A model generated the notes under the pieces. That model was not told where the DNA came from. It saw only the letters and a program-made list of their open reading frames with translations, and did no database searches. DNA of 64,000 nt, taken from NCBI RefSeq assembly GCF_035084215.1, contig NC_090337.1:49290001-49354000 (forward strand), given 5' to 3'. This document shows positions 10,158 to 23,521 of the stretch, piece after piece. The stretch is from Heptranchias perlo (Eukaryota). Numbering within the stretch: position 1 is the first letter of the stretch; every line of letters begins with the position of its first letter. The position numbers and the translations under genes are program-made.

Positions 10158-12193
10158 GGGGTCGATTTTAGCACCCGCTATCGGGTGCGTTCCTGGCTGG
10201 GGGGCTCTGAAAATCGGGGATTCCCGGCGCGGGTTGGGAGCCCGGCTCCAACCCGCCCACTTCCAGGTTTCCCACAGATGCGCTGACGTGCGCGCGCAGC
10301 CCCCGCATGTGGAACTCCCGCAGGCAATGAAAGCCGGCGGGGTGCCACTTAAGGTATTTATTTAGGTATTTCAGGTCGTTTAGAGTTCAGATTAAGGAGC
10401 TATTTCACATGGGGTGGGATTTTGCAAACAACTGAGACTGTTTCCCGTACTGGGGGAAACACTCCCAGTTGAAATGGACGTGTTGCAGCCACCAGCCTGT
10501 GACAGCTGCAAAGGTCCATTTGACAGGTGGGGGGCGGGGGGAGACCCTCACTCATTGCAGGAGGCCACTCTGTCACTTTGGACAAAGTTTGGCCTCCACC
10601 ACCCTCCTCCGAACAAGAAAATTCACCAACTTGCATACTTACCCCGGTGTCCAGACACATGTACCTACCTTGCGGACCCCCTCAGATGTACATCTTCCGG
10701 ATGGGGGCTGCCGTAGCTGCAGCCATGACCTCCTCGGAGGGCGAACAGCATCACCAGATTCGCCGTCCACCTCTAACACGTGGAGCTCTACAACACAGTG
10801 CTGTGACACATCCACCTGCACAGTAGGAGGGAGGGCAAAGGCAGAGAGAGATGCGTCGCAGAGGGCACTACCCTCGCCACAGGGTCCACAGACCGAGGCT
10901 CAGCTTCCTGGACCTCTCTGAGCAGCAGTGCACACGGAGGCTCAGAGTCACTCGACATGTTGTCATGGACATCTGCAGCCTCCTTCATGCCGAGCTGCTC
11001 CTGGCTGGCCCGAGCACCATCTTCTTACCTGTCGCTGTCAAAGTCACCACTGCCCTCAACAACTTCTCCTCCGCATCCTTCCAGGGTGCCACCGGGGACA
11101 TCGCCGATGTCTCTCAGTCGTCTGCACAAAAGAGCCCTGCAAATACACCTACACCCACTCTGCAGTGACACAATGGGTGGCATCAGGTGTGGGTCTTCAT
11201 TGTGATCTTCAGGAAAGGGCATTATTGCACAAACCAGACAAGATTTGCAAAGACGTGGCAGTAGTGGTGCCAATATAATATGTGATGTGAGTTGCTCAGA
11301 AATTAAATATAAGTAAAAACCATGACAAACCCTCAAACACCCTTGTGCATCCCCTTCATGCTCACGACACGTTTGCCTTACGCTGCCTACTGCACATATG
11401 TGATGCATGCCCTGTGGCTGCAGCACAGGTAGTGGCAGGTTGGGTGAGGCTGGCCGTGAAAGAAATGCATGAGAGGGTGAGTATGAGATAGAGCCATGAG
11501 ATTGTATGAGGATTGGGTTGAGTGGTAGTGGCGGGATAAGTACTGGCGAGGTGAGTAAGTGCAGGTAAGATGAGGATGAGCTTTGAGTGGGTGTGAGGGG
11601 TGATGTGACAGAGTAGTGTTGGCTGTGCAGAAGGAGGTGTGGGGTGGGGGCGGTGATGTGGCAGACAGAGTGTAAGGGAATGAGTAAGTGTACTCACTTT
11701 GTCTGACCTTCTTAGGTCATTGCAGTGCCTCCTGCACTGTATGCAGGTGCGCGATATGTTGGTGGTGCAGGTGACCTCCTCTGCCACCTTGAGCCAGGCC
11801 TTCTTGGTGGCAGAGGCAGGCCGCTTCCTCCCGCCCGCCAGGGGGAAGATCTCTGTCCTCCCCCTCCTCCTCACCCCATCCAATGATACCTGGAGTGAGG
11901 CATCATTAAACCTGGGAGCAGCCTTCCCCCTGGGCTGCTCCATGCTGTAATTTTTCCTATTTGTTGCAGCATCAGTCAGTGGAGGACTGCCCCTTTAAAT
12001 AGAGCTCCTCCAGCTGACAGACCTTACTGCGCATGCGCAGTCCGCCCGCCGCGCAGCTCAGCAGCGGGGAACCCGGAAGACCAGGTAAGTGGATCCAATT
12101 AGCCTGCGATTGCGCGCAGGGCTGACTGATTTCACCGGGTGTGTTACCCACATGCCCAATAGACCCCCCCGCCGCCCTGGTAATATCGTGCCC
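10158..12193 (+). mobile_element. Non-autonomous Harbinger deletion derivative (family B copy 1) nested in the full-length element
   Basis: Ends ggggtcgattttagc / gtaatatcgtgccc, flanks ttt / att. Truncated transposase (10851-11130) and Myb exon 1 (ORF 11362-11943, -). Near-identical to 38858-40275. Confidence 0.85.
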
Positions 12194-12291
12194 ATTGTCT
12201 TTTCACTCAAAATTCGTAATTTATACCCAAAACTCTGCTGTGCAAACACATTTACCTACTTTGCGGACCCCCTCGAACTCACTCCGTCAGG

Positions 12292-13472
12292 ATGGGGGGC
12301 ACCAGGGCTGCATTCATCACTTCATTCGAGGACGAGCAACATCACCAGCCTCGCCAGGCACGCCATCCACTTCGGCCACATGGAGCTCCACAACACAGTG
12401 CTGTGCCACAGGCACCTGCACAAGAGCGCGGAAGGCAACAACAGAGAGAGTGACGTCGCAGGAGGCACTACCCTCGCAACAGGGTCTACAGACCGAGGCT
12501 CAACTTCCTGGACCTCTCTGAGGAGCAGTGTGTATGGAGGCTCAGACTCAGTCACCAGGTAATCGCGGACATCTGCAGCCTCCTTCATGCCGAGCTGCTC
12601 CCGGCTGGCCCGAGCAGCATCTCCTTACCTGTCGCTTTCAAAGTCACCACTGCCCTGAACTTCTTCACCTCCGGAGCGTTCCAAGGTGCCACCGGGGACA
12701 TCGCCGGGGTGTCTGTCGTCTGCACACAAGTGCATAAGGCAGGTCACCGACGGCTTGTTTTGCAGGGTCTCGCACGACATGAACTTCCCCATGGATGACC
12801 TCAGCCAGACGGAGAGGGCAGTGGGATTTCACGCTGTGGATGGCTTCCCACTGGTGCAGGGTGTAATCGATTGCACTCATATAGCAATACGAGCACCTCC
12901 ACACGAGCCAGGACTGTTCATCAACAGGAAGGGCTATCACTCCAACACTCAGCTCATCTGTGACCACCGCAAGAGATTCCTTCACGTGTGCGCCAGATAC
13001 CCTGGCAGCTGCCACGATTCCTTCATCCTCCGAGAGTCCAACATCCCGCCCCTCTTCCACGCACCCAACACCCGCAAGGGCTGGCTCCTCGGGGACATGG
13101 GATACCCCCTGCACATGTGGCTCATGACACCTCCGAGGAACTGCACCACCGAGCAACAGCGTCAATATAACGACAGCCACATCGTTACCAGGTCGACAAT
13201 TGAGCAGGCTATCTGGCTGCTCAAGATGTGCTTCAGTTGCCGTAATCATTCTAGGGGAGCGCTTCAATACGCACCAGACAGAGTGGGACACATTATAGTC
13301 GTGTGACATGGCACAACAGAGAGGGGTGCCGCTGGAGGAGGCCCCATCCACATCTGCCACCCACATTGAGGAGGATGAGGATGTGGAGGAGGAGCAACCC
13401 ATGGGCAGAACAGCGGCTCACCTGGCTGCACGTGAGGCCAGGGAGTCACTGATATGTGAAGGGTTCTCCTAA
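12292..13472 (+). pseudogene. Harbinger DDE transposase (HARBI1-like), frameshifted
   Basis: GVIDCTHIAIRAP, NRKGYHS, ARYPGSCHDSFIL, GWLLGDMGYPL and TRSTIEQAIWLLK motifs in ORF 12686-13306. The N-terminus lies in other frames. Confidence 0.9.
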
Positions 13473-13568
13473 CATCAGGCAGTGTGAAGAGTCCAGTCCT
13501 CACATCACCTGGACAGAGCAGCGGCCACACCAGCTCCTGCCCCCTGCACAAAATAGTCCTGCAACTAC

Positions 13569-13702
13569 ACACACACCCACTGTGGAGTGACCCAATGGAT
13601 GGCATCAAGTGTGGGCATTCATGGTGAACCTCATGACACACACCCACTGTGGAGTGACCCAATGGATGGCATCAAGTGTGGGCATTCATGGTGAACCTCA
13701 TG
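13569..13702 (+). repeat. 67-bp tandem duplication in the Harbinger intergenic region
   Basis: acacacacccactgtggagtgacccaatggatggcatcaagtgtgggcattcatggtgaacctcatg occurs twice, at 13569-13635 and 13636-13702. Confidence 0.9.
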
Positions 13703-13848
13703 AAAGGGCCCTATTACACAAGCCAGTCAAGAATGGCCAAGACATTGCAGTAGTGGTGACAATAATAATTACTGTGCGGTTAACAAAAAGCAAATATAAA
13801 TAAAAAGCATGACAAACCGTCAAACACCCTTGTGCATCCCCTTTGTGC

Positions 13849-15691
13849 TCACAAAACCTTCACCTTTCGCTTACGACTACTCCTACGTGGTGCATCCCCT
13901 GTGGCTGCAGCAGAGGTAGTGGCAGGTTGCTCATGTTCATGCCCTGACCGATTAGATGCTTTGGGCCTACGCCCTCTGGGTTTCAGTGCTCTTGAGGACC
14001 CCTCCAAAGACTGCTCCACCTGCACCTGTGCAGGGGCAGACTCGCCCACTTGGAGAGGAGGCAGCATTGCGGGTACTGGTTGAGAAGGGGGCAATAGTTG
14101 AGACGTGGGGGTGCTTTGAGTGGCATCCTCACTTCCATGTCCCCTTTTGCCATCTTCCCTTCCCTGAGCCAGGCCCACACCACTCCTACCACTCTGCTGG
14201 ACGACAGTTTGGAGGACATGTGTGAAGCCTTGTAAGGCCAGGGCTAGTGTATCTGCCTGCCTGTTTAAGGTGGCAGAATGTTGTTCACCCTGAGTCCGAA
14301 GGGCCGTTGTCAGGGCCTCAGTGGACTCATTGGGCCATGCTTGAAGCTCCATGGGGGCTAGCCTTCCCTCCATCGCAGACATTCCCGCACTTACTTGCGA
14401 CACTATCACAGAGATGCCCTCATGTCCCTGTAACAGTATCTCAGAGATTCCCTCCTGTACCTGTGCCACCATTCCACTCATGCAGGAGTTGGACTCCTCC
14501 ATTCTCTGCGCGATTGTGGAGCGTGCACGTGGCACCTGTTCCAGTACCTCTTCATTCTCCTTTTCATGGATGGCCCCCAGGGTTCAGCAGCTGTGTCCAA
14601 CTGAGCAGAGCCTGGAGAAGAGTGCTCCCACCGACGTGGACTCTCCACAGCTGCCCCTGCCACCAGAGTCTGCTCATGCTCACGTATGTGGTGACTCACC
14701 ATGTGTGACCCCAACTAACTGAGGATGGGGACCCACCGAGGTGTGTGTATCTGTGCTGGTGGATGGCTCGCTCAGATGTGATGGTGCCCCCTCAGAAGTC
14801 GGCAGGTCCCCTGAGGAATTGCCCTCCACCGTCACAGCGATCGCTGAAGGCCCTGTAAGAGAACAGAAGGCAATATTAAGCATGATGATAAATGTTGAGG
14901 TGCTGAAGATGGCAAGGCATATTAACATCAATTGCTATTGTGTGCGCTGAATGTTAACGTTCTGTCACCAGCCGTTTGTTGGGTACCAGTCTCGGCGTCC
15001 CCGATGGACAGGCAGTCGAAGGTGCGGCTCAATTCCAGCGCCTCCTGCTCTGCGTCTGTGAGGACGACTAGATGTTGCGGCCCCCCCTCCGGTCCTCGCC
15101 CTCTCCTGTGCAGTCTGGGCTCTCTTCTATAAGGGGAGAAAGTAGAGAGGCGTGAGTGAGTGTTGGTGACGTAGCCAACCGCTGAATGCATTGGTTTGGG
15201 TGAGGCTGACCGTGACAGAGATGCATCAGAGGGTGAGTATTAGACAGAACCATGACATTGTATGAGGATTGGGTTGAGTGGTAGTGGTGGGATGAGTACT
15301 GGGGAGGTGAGTAAGTGCAGGTAAGTTGAGGATGAGGTTTGAGTGGGTGTGAGGAGTGAGGTGACAGAGTAGTGTTGGCAGTGTAGAATGAGTTGTGGGG
15401 TGGGGGTGGTGATGTGGGAGACGGAGTGTAGGGGAATGAGTAAGTGTACTCACTTTGGCTGACCCAGTTAGGTCATTGAAGCGCTTCCTGCACTCTATGC
15501 AGGTACGGGAGACGTTGCTGCTGCTGGTGACCTCCTGCCACCTCGAGCCAGGCCTTCTTGGTGGCCGAGGCAGGCCACTTCCTTCTATCTGCCGTGTAGA
15601 ATATATCCCTCCTCTTCCTCACCCCATCCAGTAGCGCCTGGAGTGAGGCATCACTAAATCTGGGAGCAGCCTTTCCCCTGGGCTGTTCCAT
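13849..15691 (-). pseudogene. Harbinger Myb/SANT-like (MADF/trihelix-type) DNA-binding protein gene, intron-containing, decayed
   Basis: Exon 1 MEQPRGKAAPRFSDASLQALLDGV...KKAWLEVA with a GTGAGT donor at ~15454. Acceptor cttacag at ~14853. Last exon ends PRRSSRKRKVKVL* (basic tail). Confidence 0.8.
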
Positions 15692-17899
15692 TCTGTAATT
15701 TTGGGTGTTTGCTCCCGGAGCAGCATTGGAGGACTGCCCCTTTAAATAGGGCTCCTCCAGCTGACAGCCTGTGATGTGGGTGCGTGGTCCGCCCGCTGCG
15801 CAGGTTTACGACTGGAAACCCGGAAGCCTCGGTAAGTGGTTCCAATTTACCCGCGATAGAGTGGGGAACGGACGGATTTTACTGGGCGGGTTACCCCGCT
15901 GCCATCCTGCTTCCCTGGTAATATCGGGGCCACTGACTCTACACGGCTTGTCAAAAATGCTGCAATCTGATTGGTCAAGGGGAGGGGGCGAGAGCGATCC
16001 TCTCACCGCTTGCATGGGCCCTAACTTCGCTCCAGTTAACGCTGGACTCTTTTCAGCTTTGAGTTAGAGGAACTTCACCCAGTAAAGACCACAGAGTTTG
16101 TGGGTGAGAAGGAATCGATGGACTGGCAAGCGGCGGTCGTTCGCCACTCGGAGCAATCCCTGGTCCATTGTGTGCTCAGAGTTAGGGGTGGGGCGGAAGG
16201 ATTTTGAGATAATGCATGTTGTATTCTGAACAAATGAAAACCGTGCAACTGAGAGTTGAAAACAGAGCTGTGATAACACTGAAGCCTGATGTGACATCCT
16301 TGCACTAATATAGTCACATGATTCACAGGAAGGCACAATAAAGAAATTACTGTGGAGTTCGAAGAGAGATTGAGAGGGAATTATAATGTAATTAGCCCAC
16401 AATGGAAAGTTGAACATTTATTAATCCATTTCATTTTCTAAATCCTAGCGTTATCCCCTTCACTGATGCTGCTCGATTCTGGCTGTGTAAGGTTCAGTAA
16501 TAATGGACTTCATGCAGGCTTGCCTTGGTGAACTAAAGCATGAGCGGGTGACTGAAGAATAAATTATGAAGTCATTACAAGCATGACTTTGAAAAACTCT
16601 TTGGTCGTGACAGTTAGAGTCAGCAATAGATGTTTCCAAATTTAACACAATCCAACTTTATCATGAGCTGTTATGCCACTACCAAGGTCACTTTTCAGAT
16701 GCTCTATTGTTTTTGCTATTGTGCATATTAAACCCTCACTAATTGGGGTTGTTTGGGAGATGCACAATTCCTGTCAATTATCAAGCCTAGCTAATTAAAC
16801 TGCAGCATTTATCATACAGTAATGTAAAAAGAACCCAATAGAAAGTCAGGGGTTAACAGATTTTTGTTACTGAAAAGACCTCCAATTATCACAGCAGAAT
16901 TTTGTTGCATTCATGTTGTACAAATGTATATGCATAAAAAATGTTTTAAAAGCTATTAAATGTGATTGTATAGAAGCAATCACTACTTATTTATCTTGGT
17001 TACTTGATAATTTACTTTACATTATATTACTTTATATTATACTTTACATTTATGTTATATGGCATGCAGAGCAAAAATGAATTGTAATAAGTATAATGCA
17101 TACAAACGCAGTTTTTAGTTAATCCAAATTCACCTTATCGTAATGCCTTGTAGTTTTCGTGATGTTTCCAAATTAATTTGTTACAATGTACAAAGGAAAT
17201 GGAGCCCTTTCTCTGACATGAAACAACAATGAGAAATACATGCAAAGTGAGTCGACTAGACAAGTGCTTAATGAAAAGTTCCGGAATCAATTTGAGTTTG
17301 TGGATTGCTTGCCAAGATACCACTATTCATATTATCCTGAACTGAGAATGAGTTACTGTTTCCGTGGCTGCAAAATCACAAGGTCACTAAAGAGGAGAAT
17401 CGGGCTTTGATACATCGAGGCTAGATTTTCCTCTTGAAAAATGTTAGTGTTTTATCGTAATTACTGACCTGCCAACAGTATTGCAGTTGTTCACATTTTT
17501 GTAACTAAGAATTTCTCATTGCAATTTTGTTAATGATAGCAAAAAATTAGGAGCTAATCACAACGCACCTGCAATAAATATCCTTTAACACTTTCTCAGC
17601 TGCTAATGATCTGCTTAACTGGTATAAATGTCTCAAATTTAGTTGATCCAGGAATGGAGTATGCAATATTTGCTGATAGCAACTCAATGGGAAGTGAGAA
17701 ATGGTCAATTTATTGACCGTGCTCTGCATGTATTTGTAATTTCTGTAATGGAGCATTGGATGCACATTTTTGATGAGCAAAAATACAATACAAGATATTC
17801 TAAAGAGGTACCAGGCATTATGTTACTCAGAGTGTAAGTGATATACACAACTTTGAGGAGCTGGCTGGAGGGCCAAAAGAAACTACACAAAGAAGGGCA

Positions 17900-18350
17900 C
17901 AAAGTGAGGTGTGAAGATTACTGTAAACTAGCACAGGACATGTATGGACCTGAACAGTAATAATTGGTAAATATATACAACAAACACTGTACTGACACCG
18001 AGAAATGTTGGCAAGAATGTAGTAATTGTGATTGTGGAAGTGAACATAGTAGGATAATTAAATTACATTATATATGCCATGATGGAAAAAGAGTGTATTG
18101 CTGGAAGAAATTTCCATGGGACAAATCTTCCTGTCTTATTCGATCAAATTTAAAATGTAACAAAAAAAGCTTTTAGTGCTTACAAGGCTAATAAGAAAGG
18201 TAGGGCAGATAAAAAGAACATAAAAATGCTACAAATAGGAAACTTAGAAAGGCTAAGAGGGAGGATGAGAGAAAATTAGAAAAAAAAATATAAGGAAATA
18301 AAATGCTTTCTATAGACACATTAGTAGTAAAAGAATAGTTAAGTTAGTGT
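17900..18350 (+). mobile_element. Highly degraded CR1 ORF2 fragment
   Basis: gtgaacatagtaggataattaaatt and gctttctatagacacattagtagtaaaag resemble the CR1 endonuclease-RT linker, as at 3940-4060. Confidence 0.45.
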
Positions 18351-19369
18351 TAGGGTTACATTCAACTTTGCTACTGTCACATTTTGAACTTCTGTTCATT
18401 TGGCCCAGGAAGGAGATTGGGTCAATTTAAGTTAAGATGTTGCTTTTAAGTTAAATTCAGCAGACATGGGGTAAATCCACAGAACACACAAACTACCTGG
18501 GAATGTGCATTAGAGCCAGTAGACTGGACTAAATGACTAACAGAATTGTGTTTCTTGCATATCATATCAATTTGATCGATTCAATCAAAAAAGTTCATTA
18601 ACACCTTCCACAAAGGAAACTGGATGTCATGTTAGAAGGACTTATCCTCACTGAACAGCATGGGGTCTTAACTGAACAGTCCTCGCAGGACCTATGAGTC
18701 GGGAGGAACAGGTTTCTGATTTGTGGTCGTAGTTTTGATTGACAGGTCAACTAGTCGGGAAAAGTTAGAGGCAATGTCTTTGGCTTCCTTTCTGGCTGGA
18801 AAATAAGATAGCCTGAACAGGTTTGAGTTTGAAAACAGTTCAGGAGGCAGAGAAGCCGGACTTTGAGGAATGTGCGGGATGGATAGTCCCTAGTCTCAGA
18901 TGTGAATACGTAAGACAAAAGGTGGTTCAGGCTAGTTTCAGGGATTTCTAGTTTGTAAAGTGAATTTAGCTATTTGACCAGGGTAGAGTGGCATTTTCCA
19001 TGTTATGAGGAGCAAAATGAAATAGATTGAAATTTGCTAAAATTGATATTTTTGTTCATAGATTACATGTAAAATAAATTAATTTATTAGTTTACAGTTG
19101 GCCTTTTCTCACTACTCTGCTTATCAGTCTGCCTTGTGGAAGAAGGGAGAAAGGTACCTGGGAGCACATGCAAGATTACAGTATCCAGTATACACAACGA
19201 GAGGTCTCATTGTTATGGCCCCCGGGTCATGCTATCATATGTCTAGTTGTAGGACAGTAAAGGACAACCCCTGATTATAGGGGACATGGGGTTCGCTTAT
19301 GGGTGTATGCGGTGATGCTGAACCCAACAATATGTGATACAGATCCAAAATTTGTAGCTGCCAGTAAAA

Positions 19370-21425
19370 GATATAGGAAGCAAATTTGTAGTGGAAATTA
19401 AGGGATGTAAGAGATATTAAATAAGTACTTTGCTTCAGTTTTCATAGAGAAGATGGATATTGAGAATACAGAATTTCAGGGGCGTAGAACAACTAACGGT
19501 TATTATTCAAAAGGGAAATGATACTAAATAAATTACTCAAACTTAAGGTAGACAAATCACTGAGACTTGAGTGCCAGCTTGGCTTATTGGTAATGCTTTA
19601 GCCTCTGAGTCAGAAGGTTGTGCATTCAAGCCCCCATTTCAGGACCTGAGAACCTATACTGGCTTGCACTCTTTTGGAGTGACCTCTTTTGGATGAGACA
19701 ATAAACTGAGGCCCCAAATGCCTCTTCAAGTGTATGCAAAAAGTTCCATTTGAAGGGCAGGGGAAAACTCCTAACATCATGCCAATATTTATCCTTCAAC
19801 CAAGACAGATAAGCTAGTCATTATCTCATTGCTACTTATGAGACCTTGCTGTGTGCAAATTGGTTGTTACACTTGGCTGCTTAACAAGTGGCTACACTTC
19901 AAAAGTAATTAATTGGCTCTAAAGCACTTTGTGATGTCCCAAGGATGTGAAAGACTCTAAGTTAAATGCAAGATCTTCCTTCTTTCCATCCAATGATCCT
20001 GGGTGGGTGGGTGGGTGTGGGGGGGGCAGTGGAATAATATAAGTTCTGACATAACTTCCTAAAATTGTGCCAGAGGTCCAACTGTGGCAAATGTGATGTT
20101 TTTTTTAAAAAGACCAGAAATTTATTGCCCAGTTAGTTTTATTTCAGTTGTTGGTAAACTACTAGAGTCTGTAATGGAGGATGAAATGACTTAGCACTTG
20201 GAGAAGCATGAGTTGAACAGGGTCAATGTCCTTTACTGCCCAATAATGGCAGATAGTGCTTGACCAATGTAATAGAAATATTTGAAGAAATAACAGAAGA
20301 TAGATAAAGGAAATGGTAATACGTGGTTTATATGGATTTTCAAAAAAAAATGATAAGGGAGCACATAAGAGACTCATGAGAAAGATAATGGCACATGGAG
20401 TTAAGGGAACATGTCCATATGGGTGGAAATATAGCTGGGCAGCAGAAAACAATGGGTAGGGTAAAAAGACGTTTCTTAGAATGGAAAATTGTGGCGATGG
20501 GGTTCCTTAGAGTCTGTTCTTATTTATTATATGCATAAATGATCTGACGTTAGAAATTGAGAGAGCAATATTGAAATATGCTGAGGACACCAAATTGCAG
20601 GCAATGGTAAATTGTGATGAAGATAGTGAAAGATGTCAAGTCGATGTAAATAGACTAACAAAATGGGCAGATAGGTGACAGATGCAGTTTAAGGTAGAAA
20701 AAAAATGAAGTAATACATTTTGGAAATAAGAATAGGAAAAGGAAATAAACCTGGGTAAGATTTAAAATGAATAGAGGGGCATAGATGTGCAGGTACAAAG
20801 GGCATTAAAGATGACACAAAAAGTAGATAAGGCCTTAAGAAGCAAATTGAATCATTGGCTTTATATCTAGAGGCATAGAATACAAAAGCAAGGAGCTAAT
20901 GTTGAGTTTATAGAAGTTCTTCATTAGCCTGCAGTTGGAATATTGTGTACAGTTTTGGGAATGAAAAAGTAATGGGAAAGTTGCAGCATCAATTCACTAG
21001 GATGCTACCAAGAAAAGAGGATTACAGTTATGAAGACAGACTTGGAAAGTTGGGCATTTTTTTCCACTAGAGCTGAGAAAGTAAAGGGGTGATCCAATAG
21101 AGGTCTCGAAGATTAAGACAGTTGTGATGGATTGTCTCCATGTTTTGGTGAGGGTGAGACCATAACAAGAGGCCACAAATTCTAGATAATCACAAAGAAT
21201 TAAAGGTGCGATTAGAAATACATTCTTTATAGCGAAGGTGGTTAGGATATGGAATTCTGCAGAGTTGATAAATTCTTTTAAAAAGGAAATATTTGTTTGA
21301 AAAGAGGGGCAGTTATGTATATGGGGAGTGAGCAGGAGAGTGGGTTTAGACTTGACATGAAGAAAAACACAGTGCAAATTTGATGTGCCAAATGGCCTAT
21401 TTCTGTGTTGTAACATTCTATGTTT
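19370..21425 (+). mobile_element. Degraded CR1 LINE (RT to 3' tail) interrupted by a Deu-SINE
   Basis: tactttgcttcagttttca, ggattttcaaaa and gaatacaaaagcaagga; 3' end aatggcctatttctgtgttgtaacattctatg. Confidence 0.75.
19570..19985 (+). mobile_element. Deu-SINE (SacSINE1/AmnSINE1-like), tRNA head
   Basis: Head gcctctgagtcagaaggttgtgcattcaagccc. Deu core ggatgagacaataaactgaggccc and tgctgtgtgcaaattgg. Tail gtgaaagactc...aaatgcaag. Confidence 0.75.
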
Positions 21426-22604
21426 ACTCACACCGCTTCGTGGAAGCATATACCATCTTCACTCCAAGATAACCCCCCTTTCCTCCTGCTCCCTGGTAAT
21501 ACAGTTACCAATGGCTGCTACACCCATTCTCTTATGCTATTCACTTTCTCATTGCTGTGGTGATACTTCAAAATCTTCTCCCTTCGTTAAACCCATTAAC
21601 TCCAGGTGTGACCTGAAGTAAAATGCTCACTATTTGATTTGACTGCAGCTGCATTAGTTCATCACCAATTATATTTAATGAGGCCATAGTGAGCAAAAAT
21701 TTGCTTTTTCTCCTCATTTTTTCCTATTGTTCATTAATTTATTTTGGGGGGTGAGGGTAGGAATTCTCAAACAGCACTAAAGATGGATGAATCGTCCATT
21801 AGCACTTTCTAACGATATTACACTACTTTGTGCCTACTTTTTTGCTAAAATTATCAAAGGTAGGGATGTCGACCCCACAGTTGGTCACAGTTTATAAGAA
21901 ATGTTTGGTGTTTCACAAGAGCGTGTATCAATCTGTCCTTGGAGAACAAAGCTTAGTCTATTGTGCCTGACATATCATTAGTTCTGTGCAAGCATGCATA
22001 ACAATAAAGGATGAGACAGTTGTACAGCAATTAATTCAAATGTACGGGAAAATGGTATTTTTTTTAAAAGTCGGTTATTTTAAATATATAGCTACGTTCT
22101 TTCAAAAAACGAAATGGAAGAAATGAAAGGGGAGGAACATTTTCAAAGATCAAACTCCTTTATTGGAGAAAATTCACTTCTCCATAGAATTAAATCAAGC
22201 ATGAAAAGAAATCAAGTGACATGAACAATGTCTATTTCTACTCTTCTGGCTTTTTTTCTCTCATTCAGGCGATCATGGAAATAGGCTAATTTGAACTTTG
22301 ATGCCTTAGATGGAGTTTAAAACTCTGTGTAGTTTAGAAAATGAATGCAGAAGTGTTAGAAGCTCATAACAGATAGTTGACATTCCATATCAGCTCTTCC
22401 AGTGACTAATAAGCACAGAAGTGTCTGGACAAGGTGGGAAAGCTCAGCTGGAGGTAGTAATCTATTGTCGTACATGGACAGCTTGCAGGATTCAATGTTT
22501 ATTTTGGACGGGAGGGGTGTTGATGTTTTTTTCATCGGTTCTACATTTTCATTGTAATTTTGCTATTTGCTGTTTTTAAAAAAAACTTCAAAATTTAAAC
22601 ATTT

Positions 22605-23521
22605 GGAGCAGGATCTTAACAGTGAAAAACGGGTGGGTTGAGGGCGGGGGAGCATTGAAAATTGCAATTTCAGACCCGCCCCCACCCCACCCATTTCTGG
22701 TTTTCACCGGGGCGGGACGAGGGTTGGGCGACCAACTAGGAGCGCTCCCAGGAGGCGGGTTGGCCATTAAAATCTTTCACGGAGGCCATGGCCCTCCGTT
22801 TTGAAAGGTTTTGCGATTTTAGCCTCTGGGGGCCGGGATTCCTGTGCATCCTCCTTCACGCCCTGTGAGAGGAGGCGAGAAGGCCCGAAACTGCAGGTAA
22901 GTGCCTTTATAGCACAGCTTGTGGTCCCTGAGAAGCAGGAGTGCTTCCCCCAGGCTCAACAAGCCTACCTGCAGCGACCCCACCCAACGATCACGGGTCC
23001 CTTCCCCACCACCCCCCCCCCCAAATGATCGTGGTTCCCCCGAATGATCGTGGACCCCCCCCCCAACGATCGTGGACTCCACCTCCCCCAAAACGATCGC
23101 GACCCTACCCCCACCCAACGGTCACGGACTCCTGCGATGACCTCCGATCCCAACGCCTCCCCCCTCCCCCCTCCCCCCTCCCCCCCCCCCCCCCGTCGGT
23201 GGCTGACACCCGATCACCCTCCCCATGACCCGTGACCCCCATGCTGACCCATGTCACTGTGTCCACTCGTGTCCCCCATAGCCCCCCCTCCATCCATACA
23301 ATCTAAGATTTACCTGAAGACTCACCTTTTCACGTCCTCTTCCTTGCTACGTCCCCGTCCGACTGAGACCAGCCTGTCGGATGGCAAACCGACAAAAAAG
23401 AAGACGTCCTTACGTCAAAATTGTAAGGATGTCCAAGAAACTCGTGCTTCCGGGTTTTCTGTCCGCGATTCGACCTCCCCCCGCCCCGTGCCATTCCTGG
23501 CTCCAGGTCAAAATCCTGGCC
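22605..23521. mobile_element. Harbinger-type MITE with C-rich internal minisatellite (CGATCG-containing units, ~22975-23240)
   Basis: Termini ggagcaggatcttaac / ggtcaaaatcctggcc. Subterminal gggtgggttgagggcgggg resembles the MITE at 7150. Repeated ccccaacgatcgtgga units. Confidence 0.65.

Larger units (their letters stand above)
9776..15931 (+). mobile_element. PIF/Harbinger transposon, near full-length two-gene element (decayed)
   Basis: TIRs gggaccgatt / atatcggggcc. ACT TSD at 9773-9775 and 15932-15934. Convergent transposase and Myb/SANT genes. Confidence 0.9.
9256..16166. mobile_element. Harbinger-type MITE (arms 9256-9775 and 15932-16166) hosting nested Harbingers
   Basis: TIRs ggcccagaaattgc / gcaatccctggtcc. 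ATT TSD at 9253-9255 and 16167-16169. Confidence 0.7.

Noticed and set aside
12665-13402. 245-aa minus-strand ORF and similar overlapping ORFs
   Set aside because: Antisense shadows of GC-rich transposase or RT coding sequence.
12292-13472. Host domesticated HARBI1 gene
   Set aside because: Frameshifted, lies between TIRs with a TSD, is paired with a Myb gene and is present in several copies: a transposon, not the host gene.
22975-23240. CRISPR-like or coding proline-rich repeat
   Set aside because: Degenerate C-rich minisatellite inside a MITE, with no constant repeat/unique spacer structure. The Pro/Gly-rich ORFs are compositional.
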